39,624 nt of DNA, taken from assembly GCA_045601605.1 (NCBI GenBank), contig JAZRZY010000059.1, positions 1 to 39,624 of the forward strand. The letters are read 5' to 3'. The DNA comes from Eubacteriales bacterium. Its GTDB lineage: Bacteria; Bacillota; Clostridia; Oscillospirales; SIG627. Shown in pieces: positions 27,439-38,293 of this stretch. How positions within the stretch are numbered: position 1 is the first letter of the stretch; each line of letters begins with the position of its first letter. The notes under the pieces are model-generated. The model was not told where the DNA came from. It made no database searches and saw only the letters and a program-made list of their open reading frames with translations. A program made the position numbers and the translations under genes.

Positions 27439-29168
27439 TCAGATTCCTTTATGCTGAGTACGAGATCGATTTTGGTGGCGCCTTTTGCGGCTTTGGTTCC
27501 CGCGGGGATTGATTGCTCCAGTACGGTATCGGTCGCAAGTTTTGACGGCTCACGCGTGATTTTTCCGATTTGGAAATTGTTTTCGGTGATGAGTTTTTTT
27601 GCTTCCTTCAGAGTCAGTCCCTCAAGGTTTGGAATTTTGCCGAGCTGTACGTTTTGCCCGCGGCTGACGTTCAGCGTGATCTCATCTCCCGCAGCGGCAA
27701 GATGACCTGCTTCCGGCGTGGTGGAAATGACGTTGCCCTCGGGTACGGTCTCGCTGTATTTCTGAACGATCTGGACGTTCAAACCGCGTTCCTCCAGTAA
27801 AAGCTGAGCTTCGCGGTGGTCGAACATCGCTACGTCCGGAATCGGGATGCTTTCTTCGCCCATACTGACGGTGAGGGATAGCTCGATCTTTTTGTTGGTT
27901 CCTGCGGCTTTTCGGCTGGTTCCCGCAGGCGGATCTTGCGCGATGATCGTATTCGGCTCGCTGTCTTTGTCATAATGGTACTTGATCTCTGCGATGCTGT
28001 AATTGGTTGCCTGCAGTTCGCTGACCAGCGTATCGTTGTAGATTCGCCCGCTGAGATCCGGCACTTTTTGCGAGTGGGAAGAACTCAATGATCCGTTGAA
28101 GAAACTGATTAAAAAGATTCCCCCTACGACAGCCGCCACTAAGCAAAATGCCGTAAAAACGCCGAGAATGATGGGAAAGAGCGTGCGTGGACTTTTTTCG
28201 TATCGCACGTTGGGGTTTGTGCGGCCGAAAAGTTTTGCGAAAAGGCCGGTCTTTGCATTGGCTTCAGAATCATTCTCCGACAGATTTTTGATCGCTTTCG
28301 GTCGATCGCCGAAAACGGTGTTCGGCCGTTCGGAAATGATCTCAATCACACGGAGCATACTGCGCGCGGAATTGAAGCGGTCGGCAGGCTTTTTTGCCAT
28401 ACTCTTCAAAATGATTTGCTCCAGCCCTTTCGGAATCGAGGGGTCAAGTTTGCGCGGGGGAGTGGGCTGGTTATTCAATTGCATCATTGCGACGGCAAGC
28501 GGCGTATCAGCTTCAAAGGGCAAACGACCGGTGACCATTTCGTAGAGCATAACACCGACGGAATAGAGGTCGGAAAAGACGCCCGTGGGATTGCCGGCAG
28601 CTTGCTCCGGACTAATGTAGTGCACAGTTCCCATAGCCTTGTCACTGTTGGCGATTGCCTTGGAGTCGGGCGTTTTGGCAATACCAAAGTCGGCAACCTT
28701 TAATTTACCGTCGTTTAAAAGCAGAATGTTTTGCGGTTTAATGTCGCGGTGAATGACACCTTTGCTGTGTGCGTGATTGAGCGCAGACAAAATTTGCTTG
28801 GTGAAACCGAGTGCTTCATCTAAGGAAAGCTTGCCTTGTTGCATCATATACTCTTTGAGCGTCAGACCGTCCAGATATTCCATAACGATGTAGTTGTGGC
28901 GCGCATCAAAGGCAACGTCATAGATAGAGACGATATGCTCGTGGTCGAGCAAAGCGACCGCCTTGGATTCGTTTACAAAGCGCCGCATTGCCTCATCGTC
29001 CGAGGAATATTCCTCGGAGAGGAGTTTTAACGCAACCGTGCGGTGCATATGTGTATCTTCCGCTTTTAGGACGACGGCCATACCACCGACACCGCGCACG
29101 CTGATGATGCGGTAACGCCCATCGATCATCGTGCCGATGAGGGAATCGTATTTTTGAGTGTTATCCAT
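27435..29168 (-). CDS. prkC: PASTA-domain Ser/Thr protein kinase
   Basis: HRDIKPQN, DFGIA, GTVHYISPEQ. One TM, then three PASTA-like repeats. Confidence 0.95.
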   Translation of the reverse strand: MDNTQKYDSLIGTMIDGRYRIISVRGVGGMAVVLKAEDTHMHRTVALKLLSEEYSSDDEAMRRFVNESKAVALLDHEHIVSIYDVAFDARHNYIVMEYLDGLTLKEYMMQQGKLSLDEALGFTKQILSALNHAHSKGVIHRDIKPQNILLLNDGKLKVADFGIAKTPDSKAIANSDKAMGTVHYISPEQAAGNPTGVFSDLYSVGVMLYEMVTGRLPFEADTPLAVAMMQLNNQPTPPRKLDPSIPKGLEQIILKSMAKKPADRFNSARSMLRVIEIISERPNTVFGDRPKAIKNLSENDSEANAKTGLFAKLFGRTNPNVRYEKSPRTLFPIILGVFTAFCLVAAVVGGIFLISFFNGSLSSSHSQKVPDLSGRIYNDTLVSELQATNYSIAEIKYHYDKDSEPNTIIAQDPPAGTSRKAAGTNKKIELSLTVSMGEESIPIPDVAMFDHREAQLLLEERGLNVQIVQKYSETVPEGNVISTTPEAGHLAAAGDEITLNVSRGQNVQLGKIPNLEGLTLKEAKKLITENNFQIGKITREPSKLATDTVLEQSIPAGTKAAKGATKIDLVLSIKESE

Positions 29169-29186
29169 ATTCAGATCCTCACAAAA

Positions 29187-29930
29187 TCACAGGGCGATTA
29201 CGACGGCGGTGATGTTGTCTGCGCCGCCTTTGGCGTTAGCATAGTTGATGAGCAGTTCGGCTTTTTCCTGAATCTCACCCTCTTCGTTTAAGAAAAAGGC
29301 AAGGTCGGGACCGGAGAGGTAATTGGAAAGACCGTCGCTGCACAGGAGAAGATAGCCGGAGGCGATGGTACAGCGGGAGAGGTCCGCCTCCACGTGTTCA
29401 TCCACTCCGACAACGCGGGTGATGATGTTTTTGTTGGGATGATGCGCGGCCTCCTCGGGTTTGATTTCGCCGGAATCAACAAGGGTTTGGACCAAGGAGT
29501 GGTCGCGAGTCAGTTTGCGGATCTTTTCACCGCGAACGTGATAGAGAGAACTGTCACCGATGTTGAACAGGGTAACCTTATGTCCGTGAATGACACAGCC
29601 CACAAGCGTGGTACCCATACCGGCGAGATCGCGGTTTTTGAGGGAAAGTTTGTAGATCTGGTCGTTTGCGGCATCAATGGCATTGCGAATGATTTTATCC
29701 AGCACGGTGGGTAAGGAATCGGGGTTTTCTGCATGTAATTCTTCGATGCGCGGGCAAAGGACGTCACAAAACGTTTCGCACGCCACTTCGCTTGCGATTT
29801 TGCCGCCGTTTGCACCACCCATTCCATCGCAAACGATGGCGACAAGATAGTCACAAACCATACGTAGTGCAAAGCAGTCTTGATTGGATTGGCGGCGTTT
29901 GCCGACATCCGTTACACCGAAGTATTCCAC
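29187..29930 (-). CDS. stp: PP2C-family Ser/Thr phosphatase
   Basis: RQSNQD, CDGMGG, GGADNITAVV motifs. Confidence 0.92.
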   Translation of the reverse strand: MEYFGVTDVGKRRQSNQDCFALRMVCDYLVAIVCDGMGGANGGKIASEVACETFCDVLCPRIEELHAENPDSLPTVLDKIIRNAIDAANDQIYKLSLKNRDLAGMGTTLVGCVIHGHKVTLFNIGDSSLYHVRGEKIRKLTRDHSLVQTLVDSGEIKPEEAAHHPNKNIITRVVGVDEHVEADLSRCTIASGYLLLCSDGLSNYLSGPDLAFFLNEEGEIQEKAELLINYANAKGGADNITAVVIAL

Positions 29931-29954
29931 AGTTCCTCCGAAATTGACGTTGCG

Positions 29955-31004
29955 TTAAACAGTAGTTTTTTCCGTCTCGCGGCGCAATTGTCCGCAGGCG
30001 GCTTCAATGTCCGCGCCGAGTGTGCGACGGACAGTCACATTTATTTTACACTTTTCCAGGGTGTTTGTAAAGAGTTCGCGCTGATTTTCACGCACTTTGC
30101 GGTAGGGAGTGCCGGGAACTTCGTTGACGGGGATTACGTTTACGTGGCACTCCATTTTTGATAGGAGGCGTGCAAGGATCTCAGCACAGGCGACGCTGTC
30201 GTTTTTGCCTTCCATCAAGGCATATTCAAAGGAGATCCGCCGACCTGTCACAGCATAGTATTTTCGGCAGGCTTTCAGCAGTTCTCCGAGGGGATAGCGA
30301 TGATTGACGGGCATAATGCTGTCGCGTATTTCGTCTGTCGGCGCGTGAAGAGAGACGGATAGTGTCAAGGGGATGTTTTCGGAAGCGAGCCGCTCGATTT
30401 GCGGAACCAGACCACAGGTGGACAGGGAAATGTTGCGTGCGCCGATGAAAAAACGTTCGGGATGCATGGCAAGTCGGATGAACTTCAGAACGTTGTCGTA
30501 GTTGTCGAGCGGTTCACCGATTCCCATTAAGACGATGTGCCCAATGCGAAAATCCGATTCCGAGGTACGCATATCGCGTGTGATGGCAACAAGTTCGGAC
30601 AAGATTTCGCCGGCGGTGAGATTGCGTCCGAAACCGCAGGAAGCGGAGGCGCAGAATCTGCACCCCATCTTGCAACCCGCCTGTGTGGACACGCAAACGG
30701 AATAGCCGTGGTGGTAATGGAGCAGGACCGCCTCTACGTGTTCTCCGTCACGAAGCGTGAAGAAGTATTTTCGGGTGTCGTCAAGGCGACTTTTCAGGAC
30801 TTTCGTCTCGGAAAAGGCATTGAGATCGTAGCAGTCGTTTAACCTGTTTCTCAATGCGGCGGGAAGATTCGTCATCTCTGAAAAATCAATGACGCATTTG
30901 CCGAGCCATTCGTTGACTTGTTTTTGGCGAAACTTCGGTACGCCTTCAAACGCTGCACATTGCGAAAGTTCTTCCGGGAAGAGGTCGTAGAGCAATTCTT
31001 TCAT
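29955..31004 (-). CDS. rlmN: 23S rRNA/tRNA A2503/A37 C2-methyltransferase (radical SAM)
   Basis: GCKMGCRFCAS cluster, GIGEPL. ATGA coupling to the rsmB stop supports the start at 31004. Confidence 0.92.
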   Translation of the reverse strand: MKELLYDLFPEELSQCAAFEGVPKFRQKQVNEWLGKCVIDFSEMTNLPAALRNRLNDCYDLNAFSETKVLKSRLDDTRKYFFTLRDGEHVEAVLLHYHHGYSVCVSTQAGCKMGCRFCASASCGFGRNLTAGEILSELVAITRDMRTSESDFRIGHIVLMGIGEPLDNYDNVLKFIRLAMHPERFFIGARNISLSTCGLVPQIERLASENIPLTLSVSLHAPTDEIRDSIMPVNHRYPLGELLKACRKYYAVTGRRISFEYALMEGKNDSVACAEILARLLSKMECHVNVIPVNEVPGTPYRKVRENQRELFTNTLEKCKINVTVRRTLGADIEAACGQLRRETEKTTV

Positions 31005-32299
31005 TGCATTTTCTCCAGTGCTACAAAGAAAAATCCGTCTTGTACTCCATCGCAAGGGAAGAGTGTGCGGGGGGATCCGACGAGCGAGAAGCAGGGGGTA
31101 TTTTTCAAAAAAGTATCAACGACACCTTCGTTTTCCTCAGGATTGAGAGTGCAAGTGGAATAGACCAGGCGACCGCCGGGCTTAAGTAGCTTTGCGGCTT
31201 CTCGTAAGATGTCGAGTTGAATGGTCGGGAGATTTTTGATCTCTTCGGCCGTTTTGTGTCTCAAATCTGCTTTCTTTCCGATGACGCCGAGGCCGGAACA
31301 GGGAACGTCGCAAAGGACTCGATCCATTTTCCCGATCAGCACATCCGGTGATTTTCTGGCGTCTCTCGCAGAAACGTTCAGGCAGTGAAGACCGAGCCGC
31401 TCTGCGCCTTTCTCGATTAGTTTGGTGCGGTTTTCGTGTAGATCGGAGGCGTAAATGATTCCTTGGTTCTGCATTTTGAGTGCGGCGGCGAAGGCTTTAC
31501 CTCCGGGGGCGCGGCAAACGTGGGCGACGGTTTCGCCGGGGCGGGGGGCGAGCGCCTGAACGGCACACGCGCTGCTGTAGTCCTGTGCAAAAAAGTGGCC
31601 CGATCCATAGCTTTCAAGTCTGCGCAGATCGCCGTGAGCATCGTTGAGCAGGATCAGATCGTGATTGTCCGGGTGTAAGGATGCCGCGATTCCTTGCGCT
31701 TCAAGCTCTGTTAAGAGGGAGACAGACGTGGTTTTGAGGGTGTTCGTATGCAGGCAGGTTTTGGATGGGACGGAAAAACTTTGGCAGACGGCATCGCATT
31801 TTTCTTTTCCATAGGCATTGTCCCAAAGGGAAATCATCCATTCGGGGATCGCATAGCGCACACTTCGTTGCGTGATCTCGGAAAGCCCACACAGGAGATC
31901 TTCTCCTGCCTCCTTTGCGCGCAGGAATGCGTGCAAAACGGCTGAAACAAGATTTGCACCCGCTTGCTTTTCCGTGCTTTTTGCAATTTCGGCGGATTCG
32001 AATAAGACGGCGCGTACGGGAGTGTTGGTGAAATACTCAAGTTGGTACAGCCCGCATTGCAGCGTTGCCCGCAAAAAGGGAGAGAGTGCGTGAGCGCGGC
32101 GGTTGCAAAACTTGGAAATGTAGTGATCCAGCGTGATCTCTCGCTCGATCACACCGTAGACCAAGGTCGTAAACAGAGCGCTGTCGCGCTCGCTTAAATT
32201 TGACTTCTTCAGAAATGAGTCAAGCTCCAAATTGGCATATCGCTGACTTTTGCGGATCGATACGAGCGATCGGACGGCGGCAAGTCTGGCGGGATTCAT
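31001..32299 (-). CDS. rsmB: 16S rRNA m5C967 methyltransferase
   Basis: NusB-like N-terminus, APGGK, DVPCSGLG, YSTCT. ATGA coupling to the fmt stop supports the start at 32299. Confidence 0.9.
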   Translation of the reverse strand: MNPARLAAVRSLVSIRKSQRYANLELDSFLKKSNLSERDSALFTTLVYGVIEREITLDHYISKFCNRRAHALSPFLRATLQCGLYQLEYFTNTPVRAVLFESAEIAKSTEKQAGANLVSAVLHAFLRAKEAGEDLLCGLSEITQRSVRYAIPEWMISLWDNAYGKEKCDAVCQSFSVPSKTCLHTNTLKTTSVSLLTELEAQGIAASLHPDNHDLILLNDAHGDLRRLESYGSGHFFAQDYSSACAVQALAPRPGETVAHVCRAPGGKAFAAALKMQNQGIIYASDLHENRTKLIEKGAERLGLHCLNVSARDARKSPDVLIGKMDRVLCDVPCSGLGVIGKKADLRHKTAEEIKNLPTIQLDILREAAKLLKPGGRLVYSTCTLNPEENEGVVDTFLKNTPCFSLVGSPRTLFPCDGVQDGFFFVALEKMQ

Positions 32300-33228
32300 C
32301 GCAGAACGTCTCCGTGTGTGAGTTTGCGACCGTTGACAAGGGAAGCGGCATCCATCTCGCCCTTTCCTTGGGGTTTGACACGCAAAAGTTCCAGCTCCGA
32401 TCCAGAGCAGGCAACAAACACGTGAGACTTTTGCGTGCGTATTGTGCCGCACGGGGCAGTGGGCTTATTTTCCGTGACTTTTGCGGCACACACCTTCATC
32501 TCCGCTCCGTTCGGCAACAGAACGCTTGCGAGGGGGGCGGGAGCTAAGGCACGGATTTTGCAATCCAGTTCTTTTGCGGTGAGTGAGAAGTTCAGCCGTT
32601 CGTCTTCACGGGTGAGTTTTGCGGCGTAAGTAGCGCGCGCATCGTCCTGAGGTGTGCGGCGTAACGAACCTGCGCCGGCTTCGCGGAGGGCTTCACAGAT
32701 GAGTGCAGCGCCGCAGTCGGCGAGTTTGTTCGTTAAGGTCAAGGTATTGTCATCCGTGCGGATCTCCACGGCTTTCTGCAACAAGATATCACCGGTGTCA
32801 AGGCCGTAGTCCATTTGCATAATGGTAACTCCGGTTTCGGTATGACAATCCCAGATGGAACGCTGGATCGGCGAGGCTCCGCGATACAGGGGGAGCAAAG
32901 AGGCATGCACGTTCATACAGCCGAGGCGCGGAAAGTCGATAAAATATGCAGGGAGGATCTTCCCGTAAGCAGCAACGATTGCCACGTCAGGACGGATCTC
33001 TTCCAAAACGGGCAGGAAAGCCTCGTTTTTGAGTGTTTCGGGTTGATACAGGGGAAGATCTCGCTCGAGAGCATACGCCGCTACGGGAGGCTGAGTGAGC
33101 GTCATTCCGCGCCCCTTCGGACGCGCCGGTGCAGAAAGGACAAACAACTCGTCATCCGCAAACTGCGTGTGAATTGCCTGAAGCACCGTTTTGGCGAAAT
33201 CCGGCGTTCCGCAAAAAAGGATTCTCAT
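32296..33228 (-). CDS. fmt: Methionyl-tRNA formyltransferase
   Basis: MRILFCGTPDFA, HASLLPLYRGASPIQ. Confidence 0.95.
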   Translation of the reverse strand: MRILFCGTPDFAKTVLQAIHTQFADDELFVLSAPARPKGRGMTLTQPPVAAYALERDLPLYQPETLKNEAFLPVLEEIRPDVAIVAAYGKILPAYFIDFPRLGCMNVHASLLPLYRGASPIQRSIWDCHTETGVTIMQMDYGLDTGDILLQKAVEIRTDDNTLTLTNKLADCGAALICEALREAGAGSLRRTPQDDARATYAAKLTREDERLNFSLTAKELDCKIRALAPAPLASVLLPNGAEMKVCAAKVTENKPTAPCGTIRTQKSHVFVACSGSELELLRVKPQGKGEMDAASLVNGRKLTHGDVLR

Positions 33229-33716
33229 TTTTCGTGCTCCTTTAAGTAAGCATCCATTTCATCGTCATTTTTGAACATATGTACAGCCTCGTCGTAGAAA
33301 AGTTTGCCGTACATATGATCGATCTCGTGGCAGAAGCAACGGGCTACGATACCTTCTCCGGTAGATTCGACGCGTTCGCCGTTTCGATTTGTGTAGGATA
33401 CGGTAACCTTTGCGGGACGGTGAGTCAAACCCCATTTCCCGGGACAGGAGAGGCAGCCTTCGATATCTTCTTGTGTGCCTTCGGTGTGAATGATTTCGGG
33501 ATTGATGAGTTCTAAGAGCTCCTCGCCGTTATCCACAATGCAAATTCGCTTTAAAACGCCGATCTGCACGGCACAGAGTCCTGCACCCTGTGCTTTGAGG
33601 AGTGTTTCCTTCATATCGTCCAAGAGCGTCAGAATGCGCTCGTCGATGACGGTGACATCTCTGGACTTGGAGCGCAGGAAGGGGTCGGAATCGTGAATGA
33701 TTTTTCGGATTGCCAT
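33225..33716 (-). CDS. def: Peptide deformylase
   Basis: GAGLCAVQIG, EGCLSCPG, HEIDHMYG motifs. Confidence 0.95.
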   Translation of the reverse strand: MAIRKIIHDSDPFLRSKSRDVTVIDERILTLLDDMKETLLKAQGAGLCAVQIGVLKRICIVDNGEELLELINPEIIHTEGTQEDIEGCLSCPGKWGLTHRPAKVTVSYTNRNGERVESTGEGIVARCFCHEIDHMYGKLFYDEAVHMFKNDDEMDAYLKEHEK

Positions 33717-33725
33717 AATAATACC

Positions 33726-36161
33726 TCAAAATTGGCTTGGTTTTGCGTCGTAGAAAATGGAAACTGCAGTGCTTTGCGATTCGTTGAACCACTCAAGCAG
33801 ACGGGCGTAGAACGCGCGGGTTTCGCGATCGTTTTGATGCTTGATGATAAATTTTTTTCGGTACAGGTTGTTTACCTTCAAGACGGCGGGCTCGATCGGT
33901 CCGTAAACGATGATTTTTATGTTTGTGTGTTCCTCGAGTTCTTCGGCGATGTGTTCGTTGAAGGCGAGTGCGGCACGGTTCAAAAGATCTTCGCGTTCAG
34001 AGGTTAAAGTGAATGCAGACAGATGGCAGAAGGGCGGGTAGAGAACCGCGCGGCGAAGCGCGATCTCGCCCTCGTAGAATGTGTTGTAGTCCTGCGATGC
34101 CGACAGAGCGAAGATTTCATGGTCGGGGTTGAGGGTTTGAATGATGGCGCGGCCGGCTTGGTTTGCGCGCCCCGCTCTGCCGATGACTTGTGTTAAGAGA
34201 GAAAAGGTGTCCTCGCTTGCGCGGTAATCGCCGAGGTAGAGCGAGGTATCGGCCATAACGACGCCGACGAGAGTGACGCCGCTGAAGTCGTGACCTTTAG
34301 TAACCATTTGTGTGCCGAGCAGAATGTCTGCTTTTCGGTTTTGAAAATGCTCCAGTATTTTCTCGTGGGAAAGCTTTTGAGATACGGTATCCGCATCCAT
34401 ACGAAGCACTTTTGCGCGCGGGAAACGCTGCTTTACTTCTTCTTCCAGCCGTTGAGTGCCGTATCCTTTGAAGAAAATATGTTCTGCGCCGCAAGAGGGG
34501 CACTTGCTTGGAGGCGGGACTTTGTAGCCGCAGTAATGACAGCAGGCAAATCGCCCTCTGTGACTGTGCAGTGTCAATGCAACGGAACAATTCGGACAGG
34601 TAATGACGTGGCCGCAACTCGGGCAAAACGGCGCGTATTGATACCCTCGCCGATTCATAAACAGAATGATCTGTTCTTTCTTCTCCAACGTCTCTTTGAT
34701 TGCATCGCACAAATGATCGCCGAGCAGTCGTTCGGGGGATGCTTTCAGGTCGTCGCGCAGATCCACGATTTCAACGGTGGGGAGCTTCATGCCGAGGGCG
34801 CGCTGTGTCAGGCGGCAGAGCGAATAGGTCCCGTTTTGTGCTTTGTAATAGGTTTCGATGTCGGGTGTTGCAGAGGCGAGTACCAACAGCGCGTTTTCGT
34901 GTGCCGCGCGATAACGTGCAATATCTCGCGCGTGGTATCGCGGAGAATTGTCAGCGTTGTAACTTTGATCTTGCTCCTCATCCATAAGAATGAGTCCCAG
35001 GTTTTGTACCGGCGCAAACACAGCGCTTCGTGTGCCGAGCGCGATGTGCTTTTTGCCGCTTTTGAGTGCGACCCATGCATCGTGTCGCTCGCCTGCGGAA
35101 AGGCCGGAGTGGAGTACGGCAACTTCGCCCGGGAAATGAGCAAGCAGTGCTTGTGCGGCGCCTGAGGTCAATCCGATCTCCGGAACGAGAAAGATCACGC
35201 CTTTTTCAAGTTCCAAAGCGCGGTCGATGACGTACATCATAACGCGCGTTTTGCCGCTTCCCGTAACACCGTGCAACAAGCAGGCGCTGCCGCGATCCTC
35301 CTCAAGCTTGGATTTGATTGCGTTGACTGCTTTGGTTTGCTCGACGTTGAGTCGCTCCAGTCGTTTCGGCACGGCATAATCGACGTAAGGAGAGCGATAG
35401 ACTTCCTGTGCGTCAATGGAGATCAATCCTCGCTTTTCCAAGGTTTCCAAAGCAGGCCGAGCCACGGAGAAGCGGTCGCAGATTTCGCGTTCGGGCGCGG
35501 TTTTGGTCGGCAACGTATGGAGATAACGGAGCATCTGCCGATAAACGTCAGCTTTGGCAAGAGGCATATGACGGAATACACCTTCGGGCAGCTGCTCAGG
35601 GTCGCAGGCGGGGTGGATGACGCGGGTGAATTTGCGATTTGCGGCACTTTGCGGCAGATATGCTTTGCGAGCGAATTTGTGCTTGAGCAGATAATCACAG
35701 GCATCGCGGTTTCGGTCACGGATTTCGAGCATTGCGCCGCCGAGTAAATGCAAATACAAGTTGTTGAGCGCGCCGTTTTCAAATGTTGCGCCGCGGTCTG
35801 CATCCGGATGAAGTGCGATCAACGTGCGTGTGCGGAAGGTGAGGCCGGTCGGGAGAGCGGTGCGCGCGAGTTCACCGACGGTGCACAGGAGGTGAGAGGA
35901 AAAATAAAGACAGAGATCCATCATTTCATCGGTGAGAGAATACGGCTCTTCCAACGTGTAGAGGATCTCTTTAAGTTCGGTTGGATTTGCGTCTTCGCGC
36001 ACTTCGGTGATGATGCCGAAGGTGGGGCGGTTGGCCTTTCCGAAGGGGACTGCACAAATTTTGCCGCGACGCACAAAATGCGCGTTTCCCGCCAAGTACG
36101 AATAGCCGCGATCGAATTCGCGGCGCACTTGCAAAAGTCTTACTTCACATACGGTTGGCAT
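33726..36161 (-). CDS. priA: Primosomal protein N' (replication restart helicase)
   Basis: GVTGSGKT, MDEEQD, cysteine-rich zinc module CPSCG...CPNC...CHYCG...CPSCG. Confidence 0.95.
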   Translation of the reverse strand: MPTVCEVRLLQVRREFDRGYSYLAGNAHFVRRGKICAVPFGKANRPTFGIITEVREDANPTELKEILYTLEEPYSLTDEMMDLCLYFSSHLLCTVGELARTALPTGLTFRTRTLIALHPDADRGATFENGALNNLYLHLLGGAMLEIRDRNRDACDYLLKHKFARKAYLPQSAANRKFTRVIHPACDPEQLPEGVFRHMPLAKADVYRQMLRYLHTLPTKTAPEREICDRFSVARPALETLEKRGLISIDAQEVYRSPYVDYAVPKRLERLNVEQTKAVNAIKSKLEEDRGSACLLHGVTGSGKTRVMMYVIDRALELEKGVIFLVPEIGLTSGAAQALLAHFPGEVAVLHSGLSAGERHDAWVALKSGKKHIALGTRSAVFAPVQNLGLILMDEEQDQSYNADNSPRYHARDIARYRAAHENALLVLASATPDIETYYKAQNGTYSLCRLTQRALGMKLPTVEIVDLRDDLKASPERLLGDHLCDAIKETLEKKEQIILFMNRRGYQYAPFCPSCGHVITCPNCSVALTLHSHRGRFACCHYCGYKVPPPSKCPSCGAEHIFFKGYGTQRLEEEVKQRFPRAKVLRMDADTVSQKLSHEKILEHFQNRKADILLGTQMVTKGHDFSGVTLVGVVMADTSLYLGDYRASEDTFSLLTQVIGRAGRANQAGRAIIQTLNPDHEIFALSASQDYNTFYEGEIALRRAVLYPPFCHLSAFTLTSEREDLLNRAALAFNEHIAEELEEHTNIKIIVYGPIEPAVLKVNNLYRKKFIIKHQNDRETRAFYARLLEWFNESQSTAVSIFYDAKPSQF

Positions 36162-36180
36162 ACGGCGGTAATTCCCTCAG

Positions 36181-36230
36181 AAAAAATGCGTGGGGCAAAT
36201 CAAATACGGATTTGCCGCCACGCCTGTTTT
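36181..36230 (-). terminator. Strong intrinsic terminator/attenuator between rpoZ and priA
   Basis: Stem gcgtgg+ggcaaatc / gatttgcc(+g)ccacgc (36188-36223). On the minus strand it is followed by attttttc. Confidence 0.65.
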
Positions 36231-36238
36231 GTTCAAGT

Positions 36239-36490
36239 TCAGTCTTCGAACTTATTTGCAACGTAAATGGTGAAATCGCTGTTGTCCAGACGGTTGATTG
36301 CGGTGCGGACGGGCTTTTCGGAAGGGATCGAGGTGCGTGCGTATTTGTCGTCCTTTGCGTCACGCTGGATCTGTTGGATCGCTTCGATCTGTTCTTCGGT
36401 GATTTCGCGGGCACATTTTGCGGTTGCGATGCAGAGCATATAACGGTTGTAGATGCCGCGGGAGAGTTCTTCAATAGACGGGTAGATCAT
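36239..36490 (-). CDS. rpoZ: RNA polymerase subunit omega
   Basis: MIYPSIEEL...NRYMLCIATAKCAREI pattern, position after gmk. Confidence 0.85.
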   Translation of the reverse strand: MIYPSIEELSRGIYNRYMLCIATAKCAREITEEQIEAIQQIQRDAKDDKYARTSIPSEKPVRTAINRLDNSDFTIYVANKFED

Positions 36491-36503
36491 AGTTTCCTCC
36501 GAT

Positions 36504-37130
36504 TTAATCGTTTAAGAGTTTTTGTATAAATGCGTCAATGTCATCGACGCGTAGTTCGGGATATGAAATTTCGCTGCCGAAGAAGAGTTCGCTGATGGTT
36601 TGAGCAACATCCTCGGAGCGCTGGTTGAGATTGACTAAAACGTGTTGGTAATTCGGGAGCAAGAGGAGCTCCTTCTTTGCCTTTGCCATACGAAGACGAA
36701 TGGAATCCTCGGTTTCGCTTTGACGGCCGCGCAGGCGGTTTTCAAGCGTAGTGAAATCAGGGCTTGCCAAAAAGACGGAAACATAGTTGTCCGAAAAAGA
36801 CATCACCTGAGAGGCACCGTCGGTCTCGATCTCCAAAACCGTAACCTTGCCGAGTTCGGCATTGCGTTTGATTTCGCTTTTCGGTGTGCCGTAGAAGTTT
36901 CCGCAGAATTCGGTGTGTTCAATAAACTCGCCGTCTTCCAATTTCTGCAAAAACTCTTCGCGGCTGACAAAGTAATAGTCCACACCATTGATCTCCCCTT
37001 TGCGCGGGGTTCGGGTGGAGTAGGAGATGGAAGGGGAAAAACGGGGGTCGTTTTTCAGAAGAACGCGCAGGACGGTGTCTTTGCCGACGCCGGCAAAACC
37101 GGAAAGGATGAGTAGATTGGGTTTATTCAT
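36504..37130 (-). CDS. gmk: Guanylate kinase
   Basis: [10 protein letters not shown]-loop, [19 protein letters not shown]. Confidence 0.92.
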   Translation of the reverse strand: MNKPNLLILSGFAGVGKDTVLRVLLKNDPRFSPSISYSTRTPRKGEINGVDYYFVSREEFLQKLEDGEFIEHTEFCGNFYGTPKSEIKRNAELGKVTVLEIETDGASQVMSFSDNYVSVFLASPDFTTLENRLRGRQSETEDSIRLRMAKAKKELLLLPNYQHVLVNLNQRSEDVAQTISELFFGSEISYPELRVDDIDAFIQKLLND

Positions 37131-37386
37131 CTGTGTCCTCCGTCACGTTTTCTCCGCGAATGCGGGCGGCGACTGTTTCGGGTTGAAGCGCAGAAAGGAC
37201 GATGTGGCCGCTGTCCGTGATGATCACACAGCGGGTCCTGCGCCCGCAGGTGGCATCTACGGCGGCGCCGGAATCCTTGGCATCTTGCACCAAGCGTTTG
37301 ATCGGTGCGCTTTCGGGAGAACAGATCGTTACGATGCGTGAGGTTGAGACCAGATTGCCGAATCCAATGTTGACAAGCATATTCAT
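37123..37386 (-). CDS. remA: RemA/DUF370 family regulator
   Basis: NIGFGN.V...RIV.I..P.SAPIKR pattern. TGATG coupling to the yicC stop. The track ORF over-extends to 37473. Confidence 0.88.
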   Translation of the reverse strand: MNMLVNIGFGNLVSTSRIVTICSPESAPIKRLVQDAKDSGAAVDATCGRRTRCVIITDSGHIVLSALQPETVAARIRGENVTEDTDE

Positions 37387-38261
37387 CACTCCACGTTTTG
37401 GATTTGTTCGCGAATTTTTTCGATTTCGGTTTTCAACTGAATGACGACAGAGGTGATTTCCAAGCGGGAGCACTTCGAGCCGATGGTATTTGTCTCGCGA
37501 TTGAGTTCCTGCGTTAAAAAGTTCAGTTGATGGCCCACGGGCTTATCTTCCTGCAAGAAGACGCGGAATTGCGCTATGTGGCTTTTCAGACGCGTAAGTT
37601 CCTCGTCGATGGCAACTCGATCCGCAAGGAGTGCCACTTCGGTGAGCAGTCTGGCATCGTCATAGTTCGCACCGACGAGTTCGTTGAGTTTTGCCTCGAG
37701 GCGGGCTTGATAAAGGGCGGCGGTTTCGGGTGCTTTTTCGGAGATGGCTGCATGGAAACGTTCCAGAGTCTGCAGTTTTTCTTCGAAGTCTGCGGCAAGC
37801 GCAGCGCCTTCTCTTAAGCGCATTTCATTGAAGTTTTGGATCGCGTCTTTTGCGACGACCGAGAGCTTTTCCCATGCGGATTCAATGTCTTCTTCCGGCA
37901 GATTGTGCAGGAAAAGTTCGCTGTTGCGAGCGACGGTGGAAACGCGAATGTCATCCTCAAGACCGAAGGTGTCGCGCAGATGGTAGAGCGCATCGATGTA
38001 CTGGCGTGCCAAAGGCTCATCCAACGCGATTTGTGCATTGGAGGTGGTAAGGGAACGCGCGTGACAGTACACGTCAAGTTTGCCGCGGGTGACTGAAGCG
38101 CTGACGAGTTTTTTGAGGCGGTCTTCCAATTGAACGTATGCACGCGGCATTCGGATGGAAAGATCGAGGCCACGACTGTTGACTGCTTTGAGCTCAACGG
38201 AAAGTTCCAAATCATCGAATGTGGCAACGGCTCGGCCGTAGCCTGTCATACTGCGGATCAT
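37386..38261 (-). CDS. yicC: YicC/YloC family protein
   Basis: MIRSMTGYG start, C-terminal DUF1732-like [16 protein letters not shown] 38261 lies 5 nt after GGGAG. Confidence 0.9.
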   Translation of the reverse strand: MIRSMTGYGRAVATFDDLELSVELKAVNSRGLDLSIRMPRAYVQLEDRLKKLVSASVTRGKLDVYCHARSLTTSNAQIALDEPLARQYIDALYHLRDTFGLEDDIRVSTVARNSELFLHNLPEEDIESAWEKLSVVAKDAIQNFNEMRLREGAALAADFEEKLQTLERFHAAISEKAPETAALYQARLEAKLNELVGANYDDARLLTEVALLADRVAIDEELTRLKSHIAQFRVFLQEDKPVGHQLNFLTQELNRETNTIGSKCSRLEITSVVIQLKTEIEKIREQIQNVE

Positions 38262-38293
38262 ATACACTCCCGATTAATATTTATATATATTAT

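Noticed and set aside
34290-35165. 291-aa ORF antisense to priA
   Set aside because: In-phase shadow of priA (mod 3 = 0 for both).
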